A program made the translations under genes and the position numbers. DNA of 63,146 nt, filler included, from Rhabdomonas costata (Eukaryota): the NCBI GenBank assembly GCA_019059605.1. It is 40 parts of 40 records of this genome, joined end to end, with 100 filler letters (N's around TTAATTAATTAA, not from the genome) between each part and the next. Parts side by side here need not be neighbours in the genome. Positions count along the whole stretch, not along the records: positions 22,146 to 23,626 come from JAHMHO010014826.1; positions 23,727 to 25,208 come from JAHMHO010014827.1; positions 25,309 to 26,789 come from JAHMHO010014828.1; positions 26,890 to 28,373 come from JAHMHO010014829.1; positions 28,474 to 29,953 come from JAHMHO010014830.1; positions 30,054 to 31,533 come from JAHMHO010014831.1; positions 31,634 to 33,115 come from JAHMHO010014832.1; positions 33,216 to 34,696 come from JAHMHO010014833.1; 32 more parts are not named here. One strand, 5' to 3'. Positions 23,237-34,879 of this stretch are shown in pieces (position 1 is the stretch's first letter; every line of letters starts with the position of its first letter). The notes beneath the pieces were generated by a model, which was not told where the DNA came from, did not search any database, and saw only the letters and a program-made list of their open reading frames with translations.

Positions 23237-23994
23237 GTTTACTCCCTGCACACCCGTTCGACATTAATCACTCCATTCCCCGTCCTCCTATTGTGCTTGT
23301 ATTTTCGCTGAGTTGATACAATTGTGTTTGTGTGGGGATTTTGTCTTTTCGAATTTCGTCTTTCGGTATGCGATATTGATTCTCGCAAAGGGGGAGTGAA
23401 GCGATTTATCGTCTTTACACGGTATGTGAACCTAGCACATGCATATTCCTAGGTATCTCAGGCTATATTAGTATCTCAGACTGTATTTTTCGTTGTTTGG
23501 AACTTCAGTTTAGGCCCTGGTTGTCAAAGCAAACAAGAAGGTAGGAGGCAGACCCAGCCGCCAGTGCAGCTGAAGCGGGCGGCCGGGGCAGAGACATTGC
23601 CAGCAGTTAGGGTTTTACAACCAACANNNNNNNNNNNNNNNNNNNNNNNNNNNNNNNNNNNNNNNNNNNNTTAATTAATTAANNNNNNNNNNNNNNNNNN
23701 NNNNNNNNNNNNNNNNNNNNNNNNNNTTTTTGTGGTATTGTTCGGAGGTTGGATCTCTATAATCATATTTTTCACAATGCATCATTTTTCTTGACGAAAA
23801 AAAACGGAGCTGGTTCTCTATTAATCCGATCCATTCTCTGAGGGTATCCAACTTTCCAGCACGCTTTCAAAAATTATTCGGCGATTCCGTTTTCCTGCTT
23901 TCTCTGTTGGCATGTGCGCAGGCTTGTCTGAATATCTATGTGCTTTTTGCGGTGTTGAGAGGGGTGGAGCGGGGCCTCTTTTCCCTCTGTGCAG

Positions 23995-24999
23995 TGGTTA
24001 CCATCAGCGAGCCCACGACCTCCATCTCCGCTGCATCAATGGACGTATGAACGCACTGAAACAGAGGGTCTGGAAGAGAGCATGCAGAAATCCAATTGCC
24101 TAAGACATCTCCCCTGGGAAATGGTTTCTGGAGGGCGGTGCCTTTGGGGTAGGTCTTCATCTCACCGGTCGATCGAAAACTGAGACATGTCATGACAGCG
24201 CAAAATGGTGAAGCAATGCACGGGTACATTTGGATACATGCACAGCCCAGTGGTACCGCCAGGTTTACAATCAGGTGCGCGCGCTGTGAGTGGCTGCGGA
24301 ACAGGATCGTCCCTCGGTCTTTCTCCTGTGGTGTTCCCTTTTGTGCAGGTCCATGTCGGATCCTTCAGCGACCCCCCGGACTTGCCAGGGCTGACTCACT
24401 TCATTGAGCACATGCTGTTCCTGGTGCGTGCACGTGGGTGTAGAATGCGATTGAATGGGATTCGAAAATTTGTTGCTTCAGTCTTTTTCATTGAGCCATT
24501 GTCAACCTGATCCCTAGTCATTCCACTTCATTGTTTCCGAATTCAGTGGTTACCATGCACTTCACTTTACATGCTATTCGCGAGAGGAGAGCTGTTGGGC
24601 AGGATGTCAAAGATCCCCCAAAACTGTGCTGTCTCAGGGCACGGAGAAGTATCCCACGGAGAACTCCTACCAGACGTTCCTCTCTGACCATGGCGGTATT
24701 TTTGTGTGCGCTCCATTTTGCCCCACACGCTTCCATTCACGGAAGAACAGATTCGGATTTTCATTGTTGTTTGCATCAGTTTCCTGTTATTGGTTTGTGA
24801 TAAACTGGGTTTTTAGTCATTCATAAAGATCACCCATGCGTGCCTCCTGGACCTTGGCCTTGTGCTTGCCTTCCCCGCCTCTCGACACTCTTTCCACGCG
24901 AACGTCAATGTCAGGGAATAGCAACGCGTTCACCGCGCTGGAGGACACGAACTTCTATTTTAGCATCTCCAGCGAGCACCTCCATGAGGCCCTGGAAAG
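23995..24999 (+). CDS. IDE: Insulin-degrading enzyme-like M16A metallopeptidase (partial, 4 exons)
   Basis: Exons 23995-24044, 24349-24423 ([25 protein letters not shown], HxxEH motif), 24638-24695 ([11 protein letters not shown]) and 24915-24999 (NSNAFT..TNFYF..EALER). GT-AG introns in phase. Confidence 0.92.
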
Positions 25000-25126
25000 G
25001 TGCGCATTTGTCATTGATATGTTTGTTGCAGCACCTCGCCCCGACTCCAGCGGTTGCCTTTTGAAATGACATGCAGTGTAGGTGTGATGGCAGGCTGAAA
25101 TTCGCATTCAAAGGACCAGGCATTGC

Positions 25127-25202
25127 TGGTACTGCTGTCCTAGTACTCCTTAGGGACCCCAGGGAAATGGGGTCCCTAAGGAGTACTAGGACAGCAGTAC
25201 CA
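25127..25202. repeat. Perfect 35-bp inverted repeat with 6-nt loop (intronic)
   Basis: 25127-25161 is the exact reverse complement of 25168-25202; loop gggaaa. Confidence 0.92.
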
Positions 25203-25424
25203 CCAAAANNNNNNNNNNNNNNNNNNNNNNNNNNNNNNNNNNNNNNNNNNNNTTAATTAATTAANNNNNNNNNNNNNNNNNNNNNNNNNNNNNNNNNNNN
25301 NNNNNNNNGGTTTGTGTGGATGCCGTCAAGAACATTGGCAGCCCTTCTCGGTGAGAGTTGCTTTTTCATGGGATAAGGAGCTAGGGTGTTAGTGTATGTG
25401 GGAGGTGGGGGGCGATGTTGGCAG

Positions 25425-26110
25425 CGGACTATTGCACCCGCCAGAAGGATTGCTCGTCGTGCACCATCCTGCGGAGGTGCGGGTGGTGCACCTCTCTGGG
25501 GCTGTGCCTGAATGGCACCGTCTCTGGGGACAACAGCGGGCAGTGTCCCCGCGAGAACTGGGACTTCGGAGGTCTCCGCTGCCACGGTGTGTGTGGGTGT
25601 GAGTGTGGGTGGGTGCCTGTGTCTGCATCTCAAGGATGGTGGGTAAGTTGGGAATTGTGGTGGTTTTGGTGGATTGTTCCTGTACATTAGTTTTCCTTTG
25701 CGCGCTGGGCGTAATCATTATTTCGGTTGTCTTGCTTGTTTTTGTGGTTCTTCGCACTCAAGCGCGCCTTCCTGCCTTCCTTTGGTTTCGTTTCCGCAAG
25801 TTGGTGATTTTGCCTTGTAGCTGCAACCCGGAACCTACTGAAGATCCGAAGATCCGGTTGGGGGCGAGAAGGAACCCAATCCACTGCAAGCGAAATGCCT
25901 ATGCCTGACTTTCTTCCCCCGTTTCCCGCTCCGCACCCGTGCCAACAGGGGGGCACACCTGCCAGTCCCTGACCACATGCCTGGACTGCAACAGCCGGTC
26001 CCCGTGCGGGTGGTGCACGGCCACGCAGAGCTGCTTCAAGGGTAACGCCACCTCGGACACCCAGGGCGTCTGCCCGCACCGGGAGTGGGACTGGTTCTTC
26101 AACTGCTCCG
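25425..26110 (+). CDS. PSI (plexin-semaphorin-integrin) repeat protein, extracellular (partial, 2 exons)
   Basis: Exons 25425-25586 and 25949-26110 each encode C-x4-C-x2-C-x5-CGWC-x5-C-..G..CP..W..C. Confidence 0.88.
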
Positions 26111-26889
26111 GTGTGCCAGTGTCGTCCTGCCTCTGATTCGTTCATTTGTTGTTGGATGCTTTGACAGCTAAGTTGAGGAATGAAGCGGTACAGTAACACT
26201 GACGGGGTTTTAACAATAGAATTTATGAGTGAGACACATTCCTCGGTCCCTTCGTTATCTTTTCGCGTGTATGATTCTGTGATGAATATGCGCACTTACT
26301 GATCCTTTTGATGTTGTGGAGCTTACTTCTTCGGCGCCAAATTCACCCTTCCGTCCTCCCGGTGCTCCCTGGCCTGCACCCGCGATTGAACCCGCAGTTC
26401 ATTCGCGGTAGCTTTGGAAGGGGTGGACCCTGTCTTGAGGAAGCTTGGACCCAGCTCGTCTGGGGGTGGGAAAGTCTGGTGGCAGTGAGATTCCCCGACC
26501 AGAACTTTGTTGAAAGTCCTATTTGATCGATGGTGATGGCCCTAGTGATGGCCCTACGATGAGGGTATGGCGCAGGAACGTTTGACAGGGGACCATATAA
26601 GCGCATCACCACGTGTATGTGTCTTGGGGTTCTTCAATAGGTAACTCGTACCCTAGCGGTGCTTACTAGCGTTCCTGTCATCACCAGGAGTGCCACGCCA
26701 TGACGATTCACCGTAAGCTCCATACCACGAATCAACGACAACAAGCGCTTTCGTTGTCGTTTGGCACGGTTACACAGCCACCTTACCTTNNNNNNNNNNN
26801 NNNNNNNNNNNNNNNNNNNNNNNNNNNNNNNNNTTAATTAATTAANNNNNNNNNNNNNNNNNNNNNNNNNNNNNNNNNNNNNNNNNNNN

Positions 26890-27125
26890 GGGTTGGGGGA
26901 AGCTCGCAGCTACTCGGCCCACTCGTTGTTTGATCACCGAGAGCTTCAGGTTCTGCATCCACCTCCGCCGCAATCTCAATGGAAGGGCGCCAGGAGGACG
27001 CGCGCTGTCGGAGGTATTTATTTGGGAGGCCCCCCTTCGATGGGCACTGGCCAGCCCGGGTCAATTCCCGCCAGTATGTTGGGGAGAGAGAACGCGTTTG
27101 CCCACCTCCTGGTTGTTGGTTGCGG

Positions 27126-27159
<34 letters not shown>

Positions 27160-28355
27160 CTTTACATCCATTTTTTGTTCGCCGTGGCACTGAACCAAAA
27201 GGGCGATGCGCGATCAAAGCAACACCCACCCTTAGACAGTGCACACTTCCCCGAAAACAACAACAACCGGCAAATCAGCTGTTGCTGCCACACTTGGGGC
27301 GCTGCCGTGACATGAATTCCTTTTTTCCTGGCCAGCAACGCGCAGCCACCCAAAAAGGACTCAAAACGGTTCCTCAAAAAGTTCTCTGAGGCAGAAGCAA
27401 ACCCGTTGCATTCCGGCCACTTCCAGTGCCAGCATGAAGTACCCTTAGCTATGATAAGCAGGCGGGGGTCTTCCAGCAGCACCCATCTACCATCTATCCT
27501 TCGTTGCGGCCTCCGGATCCAGTACAAATCCTCACGGGGTGCTGGGGGAGGGGGGTGAAGGACCACTACATCGACACAAATCTTCACCAGTTTGGCGGAT
27601 GACTTCCAACAAGGGTCCCCCTGGGACGGCAGCCGAACCGGAACACATGACACGGATATCCTAACCTATAACCTGAGCAAGACTGGCGAGTTTGCGGCCA
27701 TACTTGGTGGGATGGTGGTATTCTTGAGTTGATTTAACAACACTTCGTAGCCTCTGGCTGCATCTCTACGCGAAGTTCTGGTTCTGGTTCTGGCATCGTG
27801 AAGGGTCCATATTGACCTTTTCAGACCTTTTTTTTGACGACAGGGCCCCCTCAGAACGACAAAAAAGGAATTCGGGAAAGCGCAGGTGGTCCCAAAAAAT
27901 GGGTAAGGCACCTCAGACAGTCTGGAGATCATGTAGACAACGCGGTAGCCCACAGCCCGCAGGAAGTGCACCTGAAGAGACGGGACATACCAGAAAATCT
28001 CAGAGCATGAAGAACTTGCCGCAAGGGAAGACGAGAAGGAACGCAAAAAGCAAAAACCAGCCCAGGCGAAAAACGACTCATTTCAGACGTCCGCAACATG
28101 TTCCATGTATGCAGCTTCTAGCTTCTGCAGAAACCAAGATAAAACGAATCAGCATTGTTGGTGCGAAGCGTATAGCTGGATGAGGACCAGATACACTGGG
28201 TGCCCACTTCCAGAGACTGGAACCCAACTTTCGCAGGGTACTGGTAAGGACGGCTGCGGTTCGCGAGCTTTGGATAATGTCATTTTCGGCCCTTGAGCCC
28301 ACCAGGAGTCCTCCCCATGAGCAACAGAGACGAGATCAGGAACGGAGTCTAGGCC
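26890..28355 (-). CDS. Hypothetical protein (partial, about 4 exons)
   Basis: Phase-0 chain GLDSVPDLV..HPVYL | VHFLRAVGYRVVYMISRLSE | DLYWIRRPQRRIDGRWVLLEDPRLLIIAK | CPSKGG.. with GT donors. One acceptor would have to be GAG. No family recognised. Confidence 0.45.
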
Positions 28356-28626
28356 CTGGGGGGACACACACAANNNNNNNNNNNNNNNNNNNNNNNNNNN
28401 NNNNNNNNNNNNNNNNNTTAATTAATTAANNNNNNNNNNNNNNNNNNNNNNNNNNNNNNNNNNNNNNNNNNNNGGTGGTGGGGGGCAAACAAAAAGTCCC
28501 CTGAACAACTAAAGAAACAACATTCCAAACAAAGCAAAAACAAACTGAATGCGAACTTTGGAAGCAATGAAAAACACAGTGTGCTCACTGCAAAAGAGCA
28601 AGGGGAAGAGGAGTGGGGGGGCTAAC

Positions 28627-29953
28627 CCCGATCAAGTGTAACAGGTGGGTGATCGGCAACTTACGTGACCTATTTCTGTGGTGGTTGCTCTTTCGTCTCA
28701 CCGGAAACAAAGAGCAAAAGGGGACGTCTTCAGTAGAAACAAAACCGAAAAAATGATTACACTCAGTAACTACGCAAAAAGCAGCCTGCCATACAAAGGC
28801 AAACCGCCATGGGCACACCGTTCGGAAGGAGTAACAGCAAAGTGGCCCACTCCGCACGACTTATGCAAGTGTCACCCGTGTCGGAGTGAATGTACGCGAG
28901 TCCATCCCCACAGGCAGCTCCGCACGGTGCCTCCGCAACAGCAGAGCGTGGCGCAGGTTCGCCGCCAAGTGAACGTGTGCGGAGGTGTCCTCCTCAGCTG
29001 CCATCTCGCCAAGAATTGCTAGGGCCGACTCCACTTCCCCTAAATTGAAAACGGTAGGACCGTAGGCAAAAACAACCAGTACCTCTGAATTGCCTGCTCC
29101 ACTGAAGAGCGGTGGCAATCCTCAAGTTAACGTGTCCCTCCGCTTTGCTCCAAAGCTCCAAAGACCCTCTCATTCACACTGCTATACTTCGCAATCAACT
29201 GCTTACAACTGAAGCGATGGTACCTCTACTGGGGAGCGGCGGGAAGAGGAAAGCGCGCAGGTTGCTATCCTGGTAATTGGTCCCACCACCTTGGGTGCTC
29301 CAGCATTCCCTCTTTGCACATCAGTGGAATGTCAGAGAACGAGTGGACAAGCAACCACCACGGAAAATGCGAGTGACTTGCACACTTCCGAACGTCCGCA
29401 GACTCACAAAGACACACAAACGAGCCCTGATGTCAGCGACCGACCTACCCCCGAAAAATAACACAGCGGGAAAACAATGCAGCTGGAAAGGGTCCTGTGC
29501 CAGTGGTACCTCGACCAAAGCGACGCGCGGCCAGGGCAATGCTGTCTGCCATTTTCGCAAAAGCTCCACACCGAAGACCCTCAATCTCGTACATCCTTCG
29601 CAGAGAAAAGAACCAGAACACAGACAGACAACGGAAAGAGGGGGTCAAAAGAGTCCTGCCAATGGTAACAATTTGACAGGAGCAGGTCGAAACCTCCAAG
29701 AGCAAAGCCTTGCCAATCGATAAGCAAGCACAACCAGCACAAGCTGAGCAAATGACGCAAACAGCGAGCAAGCAGTACTGGTCCCGCTTCACAAGACTCG
29801 CCATTTTTAACGGAATATCCTGCATTCTTCAGGATGCGCTTGAGGTTGAACAAAAAAAGATTCAAGAAACAATCACGATCGCCAGGGAAACGCCTAACAG
29901 CATCGGCGCCAGCAGCATGAGGGCAAGCTGGTTCTCAACCGCTACCCAACAAC
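28627..29953 (-). CDS. Hypothetical alpha-helical protein (partial, 4 exons)
   Basis: Exons ..-29899, 29595-29510, 29039-28931 and 28669-28627 join in phase (..LLAPML MYEIEG..AARRFGR GEVESALAIL..ALLLRR SRKLPITHLLHLIG). The last intron needs a GC donor. Confidence 0.5.
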
Positions 29954-30822
29954 NNNNNNNNNNNNNNNNNNNNNNNNNNNNNNNNNNNNNNNNNNNNTTA
30001 ATTAATTAANNNNNNNNNNNNNNNNNNNNNNNNNNNNNNNNNNNNNNNNNNNNGTTTTGCATGAAAAGACAGCCCACCGGCGGCTCGCTGCCGGGCACCA
30101 CGCTGAGAAACCTTTGTCAAGCACAACTAGAACAGGGCTGTACCCAAACGCCCCAACCCTTGGCCCTTGGCGAAGCGAAGCTATCTCCTTCCGGCGCCTG
30201 TTGTGCACGTTGTGAATGTCCCCCAGATGGCACACAGCATCATTACACCGCACCGAAACCACGAGGCAAACCGCAGCTTAAATATGAAAGTGATGCACCC
30301 AGCAAAAGACAGAGACAGAACACAGGGAACGAAAGCGCCTGCATCAGCTCCTGCCTCGGCTGAAAAAGATGCACAAAGACGCACACGCAGACACACACAC
30401 AAAGACGCCAAGAAGGAACCCACGCGGCACAGGACGAATTCAAAATGCACTTATGAAGGAATGGGGAGGGCCGTGTAAGTCCTATATAAAACGTACGCAC
30501 TTACGCACTTACGCCTACGAACGTACGTACGCCGGCAAGCACACGCACATTACCAGCACCACCTGCTACAAGGGCAATGGCAGTGAGCCGCGGCACAACC
30601 GACCGCTGCGTGCTGCGTCTGCATGTGAGTGTACACGTTCCTACGCTTCACCAGTTGGGGGACAAGCAGAGATCAGAAGTGGTAACCTTACATCGTTCGT
30701 CCCTATGCTTGCACTCTCACGCACACGAAAAGCGTCTCCACTCACCACATGCATGATAAATACACCAACCAAGAGAACTCAACGCGTTCGCCTTCTGGCC
30801 TTCAGCCTAGAGCTCGTGCTTC

Positions 30823-31098
30823 TCAGAGCTGCCCAATCGAGCGCTGCGAGCGCTGGCTAAGAAGACCCCCTCGCCCTGGGGAGCGCATGGAGACGCTTCC
30901 AGCGACTGAGGCGCCGTACTTCGCCCGGGAGTGCTTCCGTAATGGCTCCACCCGGGCCCCCTTCCCACGAGAGCTACCGGGGGTCCAACCCCCCCCACCA
31001 CCACAATCGCCATCGCACTGCGGGCACACCGCAGGGCCCTTGCAGCGGTTGCACAGCAGCTGCTGCACCTCCGCGGGGAACACTCGCCCGCGGATCGC
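30823..31098 (-). CDS. Probable terminal exon of a hypothetical protein with CxxC..CxxC
   Basis: Acceptor cttag, then a GC3-rich frame AIRGRVFPAEVQQLLCNRCKGPAVCPQCDG.. running to TGA. Confidence 0.45.
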   Translation of the reverse strand, partial: AIRGRVFPAEVQQLLCNRCKGPAVCPQCDGDCGGGGGWTPGSSRGKGARVEPLRKHSRAKYGASVAGSVSMRSPGRGGLLSQRSQRSIGQL

Positions 31099-31633
31099 CT
31101 AAGACAACCCGTTATCATCCGAAATCCAGGTACATACCAGATTCTGATAGCCCATCACAGATATGGTTAGTTCGGTGCGCGAGTGGAAAAGAGGTTCAAA
31201 CCAACACCCGTTACCGCTCAGCTCATCCATTGGGACCACAAGCACTTCCGGGAAAACAGCTCCAAGTGGAACAGACGTCGTCCTGAGCACCACTGAGGCA
31301 TACATGACCTCACTTGGCAATGGTATGTGAAGTCCCATGTGGCTATTTCACCTGGATGCGTCGAAAAGCAACAATGACAGGACAAGAAAGTTGCAACTCA
31401 AGTATAAAGATACCACAATGCTTCTGACATCGCTCGCCATCGCATCACCATTTCGAACGATCTCCAGTGTCTGGAAGGCACCTCTAAAACAAAGCGGTAC
31501 AATACAAGCACACCGGGTCACAGATGGAGTACANNNNNNNNNNNNNNNNNNNNNNNNNNNNNNNNNNNNNNNNNNNNTTAATTAATTAANNNNNNNNNNN
31601 NNNNNNNNNNNNNNNNNNNNNNNNNNNNNNNNN

Positions 31634-32360
31634 GGGGGGTGAGCTTCCAGAATGTGGTGCCCTTCGCGCTGCAGCGGTGGGGGGCGCTGCCCGAGGAGTG
31701 CGCGGCGCGGGTGGCGCTGCTGCACAGCTTCCAGCAGGTCGTCGAGCTGCACGAGTGCACCAGCATCCTCAGCACCCTGGCCGGGCTGTCGCCCGCGGAC
31801 ATCAAGGCCTGGCTGGTGAAGTGGCGGGAGCGCCTGCCCAACCCGTGGGATGACTTCACCAATTGGTTTGCCAGTGCCGTTTCCATTTTGCCCCCATCCC
31901 TCCCGCCACTCCTTTTCATGGGACTATTTTTTCATCACTCAGTGTCCTCCTCCTTTCATTTCCTTTCCTTTCAAGTCAGATTACAGAATACCGAAGGATG
32001 ACCATTTAGCAGATTGCTAATACCATGACTCACGGTTTCTGCTTTTTCGCAAAACCCTCCTTCCAGGAAATAATGGGTGGTTGAAATCCTCAATACGGAC
32101 CAACGCACACAGTTCAAGTGGTAGATTCCTGTCTTTCCTTGCCCACAAAGAGGCTGTTCTGCACAAGAGTGCTCCACGCAGAACTGTGATCAGAGACCAC
32201 CCAGCCCGTCCAAGGGCTTTGTTCAGGCTTGCTCGCCACTCCAAAGTGGTGGGCTATTTTCTTTTTGACGTTTTCGCTGATGGGGCCAACCTACGCCCGC
32301 GAGGCCCTGTGGACGCTGCAGTGCCTGGCCCGGGTGGCGCGCAAGCAGAGGTTGCCTCAG
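31634..32360 (+). CDS. TRRAP: TRRAP/Tra1 FAT-domain fragment
   Basis: 31634-31865 reads ALQRWGALPE..ARVALLHSFQQVVELHE..DIKAWLVKWRERLPNPWDD; 32304-32360 reads ALWTLQCLARVARKQRLPQ. Both match remembered Tra1 FAT motifs; the connecting exon was not found. Confidence 0.8.
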
Positions 32361-33021
32361 GTGGCCGCAGCGATTCATCAGGCATAATGCCACCCCCGAC
32401 CCCCATACCTGCGACCCTGGCCGACCACCCGGCAGTCCGATCAGCCACCACACACAGTGCTCTGGTCCCCAAAAACAAAACAAGGGGAACAACGAAAGAC
32501 AGCCCCGTTAGGTGCGCAATCTGCGTGAAGACACGGCTGGCTTGGGCTCTGTCCGTCCTTTAGTAGTTCGAAGATGTAAGTCGTACGAAACGAAACACAT
32601 CACTGTCAAGTGCATTGGTCTCGTTTTTTGTTGTGTGTTTTGCCCTGGAGACACGCTCAGTTTTTGCTCTCATCCTCGACGTTTATCGTTTTGATATCTC
32701 TTCACTCTCTGCCCGTTGTACTGAAACTCCGAACGCCGCTAGATGCCCAATCTTCCTTGCAGACTTTCGATGCTCATTATCCCACTCCAACTCAAAGCAC
32801 CGAGGATCACACCGAAGTCATCTTGGAGACCAGAACCACGACCACAAGGAGCACACTGCTGAACAAGGATCGCGCCGAAAGAGAAACCCCACCACAGTAT
32901 CCACCCAGCCACATTCTCGCTACAAGTCAGACTCAACAGCCCAGATTCCATGCACAACATCGTAGACGAAAGTAAGGTAGCGAAGGAAACCAGCAAACAA
33001 CGGAGACAGGAACCCAGAAAG

Positions 33022-33075
33022 CGAACCCGAGGACCGAACCCGAAGACCGAACCCGAAGACCGAACGCCGACAGAC
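33022..33075 (+). repeat. 13-bp tandem repeat CGAACCCGARGAC, about 4 copies
   Basis: cgaacccgaggac cgaacccgaagac cgaacccgaagac cgaacgccgacagac. Confidence 0.8.
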
Positions 33076-33510
33076 CCCACGCTTTCCGAACATCAAGACC
33101 AAACACCCAACACATNNNNNNNNNNNNNNNNNNNNNNNNNNNNNNNNNNNNNNNNNNNNTTAATTAATTAANNNNNNNNNNNNNNNNNNNNNNNNNNNNN
33201 NNNNNNNNNNNNNNNGGGGTCTTGGCTCCCTGAAAATGACTGCGGATGGTTCGTGAGAAGAAGACCTGCATGGAGCAAGCAGGATGCGCGGAAGTGCCAG
33301 AACATTGGCAGGATAAGAAGAGGGGATTAAAAGAAGATTGTTCAGAAGGGGCATAAGGCATAGCGAGGCGGTGCGGGGGTCGGGGGCGAGGGAAATAAGA
33401 AGGAGACCCAAGCACAAGAGAGGAACAGCAAGAGCCGGATCGTCGGTGGTGGTATGCCACTGAGTCTCACAGCGTTTTTTCTGCTGGGAATGCAATGCAG
33501 GGCACCACAC

Positions 33511-33665
33511 CAAGTCGTTGACCCTCCCGAAGACGTCGTCGATCTTCCCGATCAGGGCCTTGTCCTTGGTCCACACCCCGGCGTTGAAGTGGGGGATCTC
33601 CACGGGCTTCATGGTGACCTGCGCCACGATGAGGTCCTCACAGGGGTGCAGGAAGGACCCCAGCA
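33511..33665 (-). CDS. GAR1: H/ACA snoRNP subunit GAR1 (internal exon)
   Basis: LGSFLHPCEDLIVAQVTMKPVEIPHFNAGVWTKDKALIGKIDDVFGRVNDL matches the Gar1/Naf1 core; AG/GT bounded. Confidence 0.88.
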
Positions 33666-34879
33666 CTGAGATGGCAACCGGAGACAAGAAACTTGTTGAC
33701 TCCAAGGGCCATATGCAGACTGTATGAATGCTCGAAAAACCAGGGTTGAAGCAAAGCTAAGGTAAAATGAGGCAGCATCTCGACTGGGTTTATGTCTTGG
33801 ATTTCCTTCCCTGTGAAGTCACCGCTGTAGGAAACTGTCAAGCGGCGATTATTGGTCATCTCCTGGGTGGGTGAGATAAACGTATCCATGGCGATACTAC
33901 GTTTATGGATCGCAATAGTGCATGCATTGGTATGGTATGGCATGGTGTGGCTTCACAAGAAAAGTACATTTTGATGTGCAATCAAGAAACATGTCAAACA
34001 GAAACGCACCGAAGCAACGAGGAGAATAGATGTCCCATTTCAAATGTTCATTAAATGTTCATTTTCCCTTATTTTTCGCTATCAAGTCCGAAAAGATCGC
34101 TTTAGCAACACTTTTCTCAGTTCTGTGTTTTGAAGTGAAGAGGGCAATGTAATTATGGATCACAACAGCATAGTACCGTATGACAGGATATTGGTCAATG
34201 CGGCACGGTACGGTATGCACACGCTACATTGCCATGACCTTTCTCGGCGCGGTGGCGTGTGGCAATTTAGCATCCTTCAGCAGGGGTGTGACACTGACAT
34301 TGAATCTGGGTGTGTAATGGGAAAGGAAAGGCCACGGTATGGGTTTGATGAGGTCGCCTTGCATCGTGCCGTGCTTTCAGCCTAGACTCCACCGAGATGA
34401 TACATGGGCGGACAGTGGGGTGAGTTGAGAGCCAAAGCCCTCTGTCCTTGTGCCTGCGATTCGAGAGATGCGCTTGAGATGGGGTCAAAGGCATCGGATG
34501 CACAAGGGAATGCCAAAGTTAACTTAGCGAAGGCCTATGGGGTGAAGCTGCACTGCCGCAGTTTCGACCGTTCCGTTGCCTTCAAGGAAGCTCAGGGAAA
34601 GGAGCTGTGAGCGCTATGGTGCGTTTTGGAGAGGAGAGTGGGGGCTGACCCTTCATATTTTCCGGTGTGGGCTCAGGGCCACGAAACCCACCCACCNNNN
34701 NNNNNNNNNNNNNNNNNNNNNNNNNNNNNNNNNNNNNNNNTTAATTAATTAANNNNNNNNNNNNNNNNNNNNNNNNNNNNNNNNNNNNNNNNNNNNTTTG
34801 TTGGGGAGTCGGCAAAACCTCTGCCCCGTCCACCAAAGTTTTTGCCGACTCCGCAACTTCCATTGCTTCTTCATTGGAA

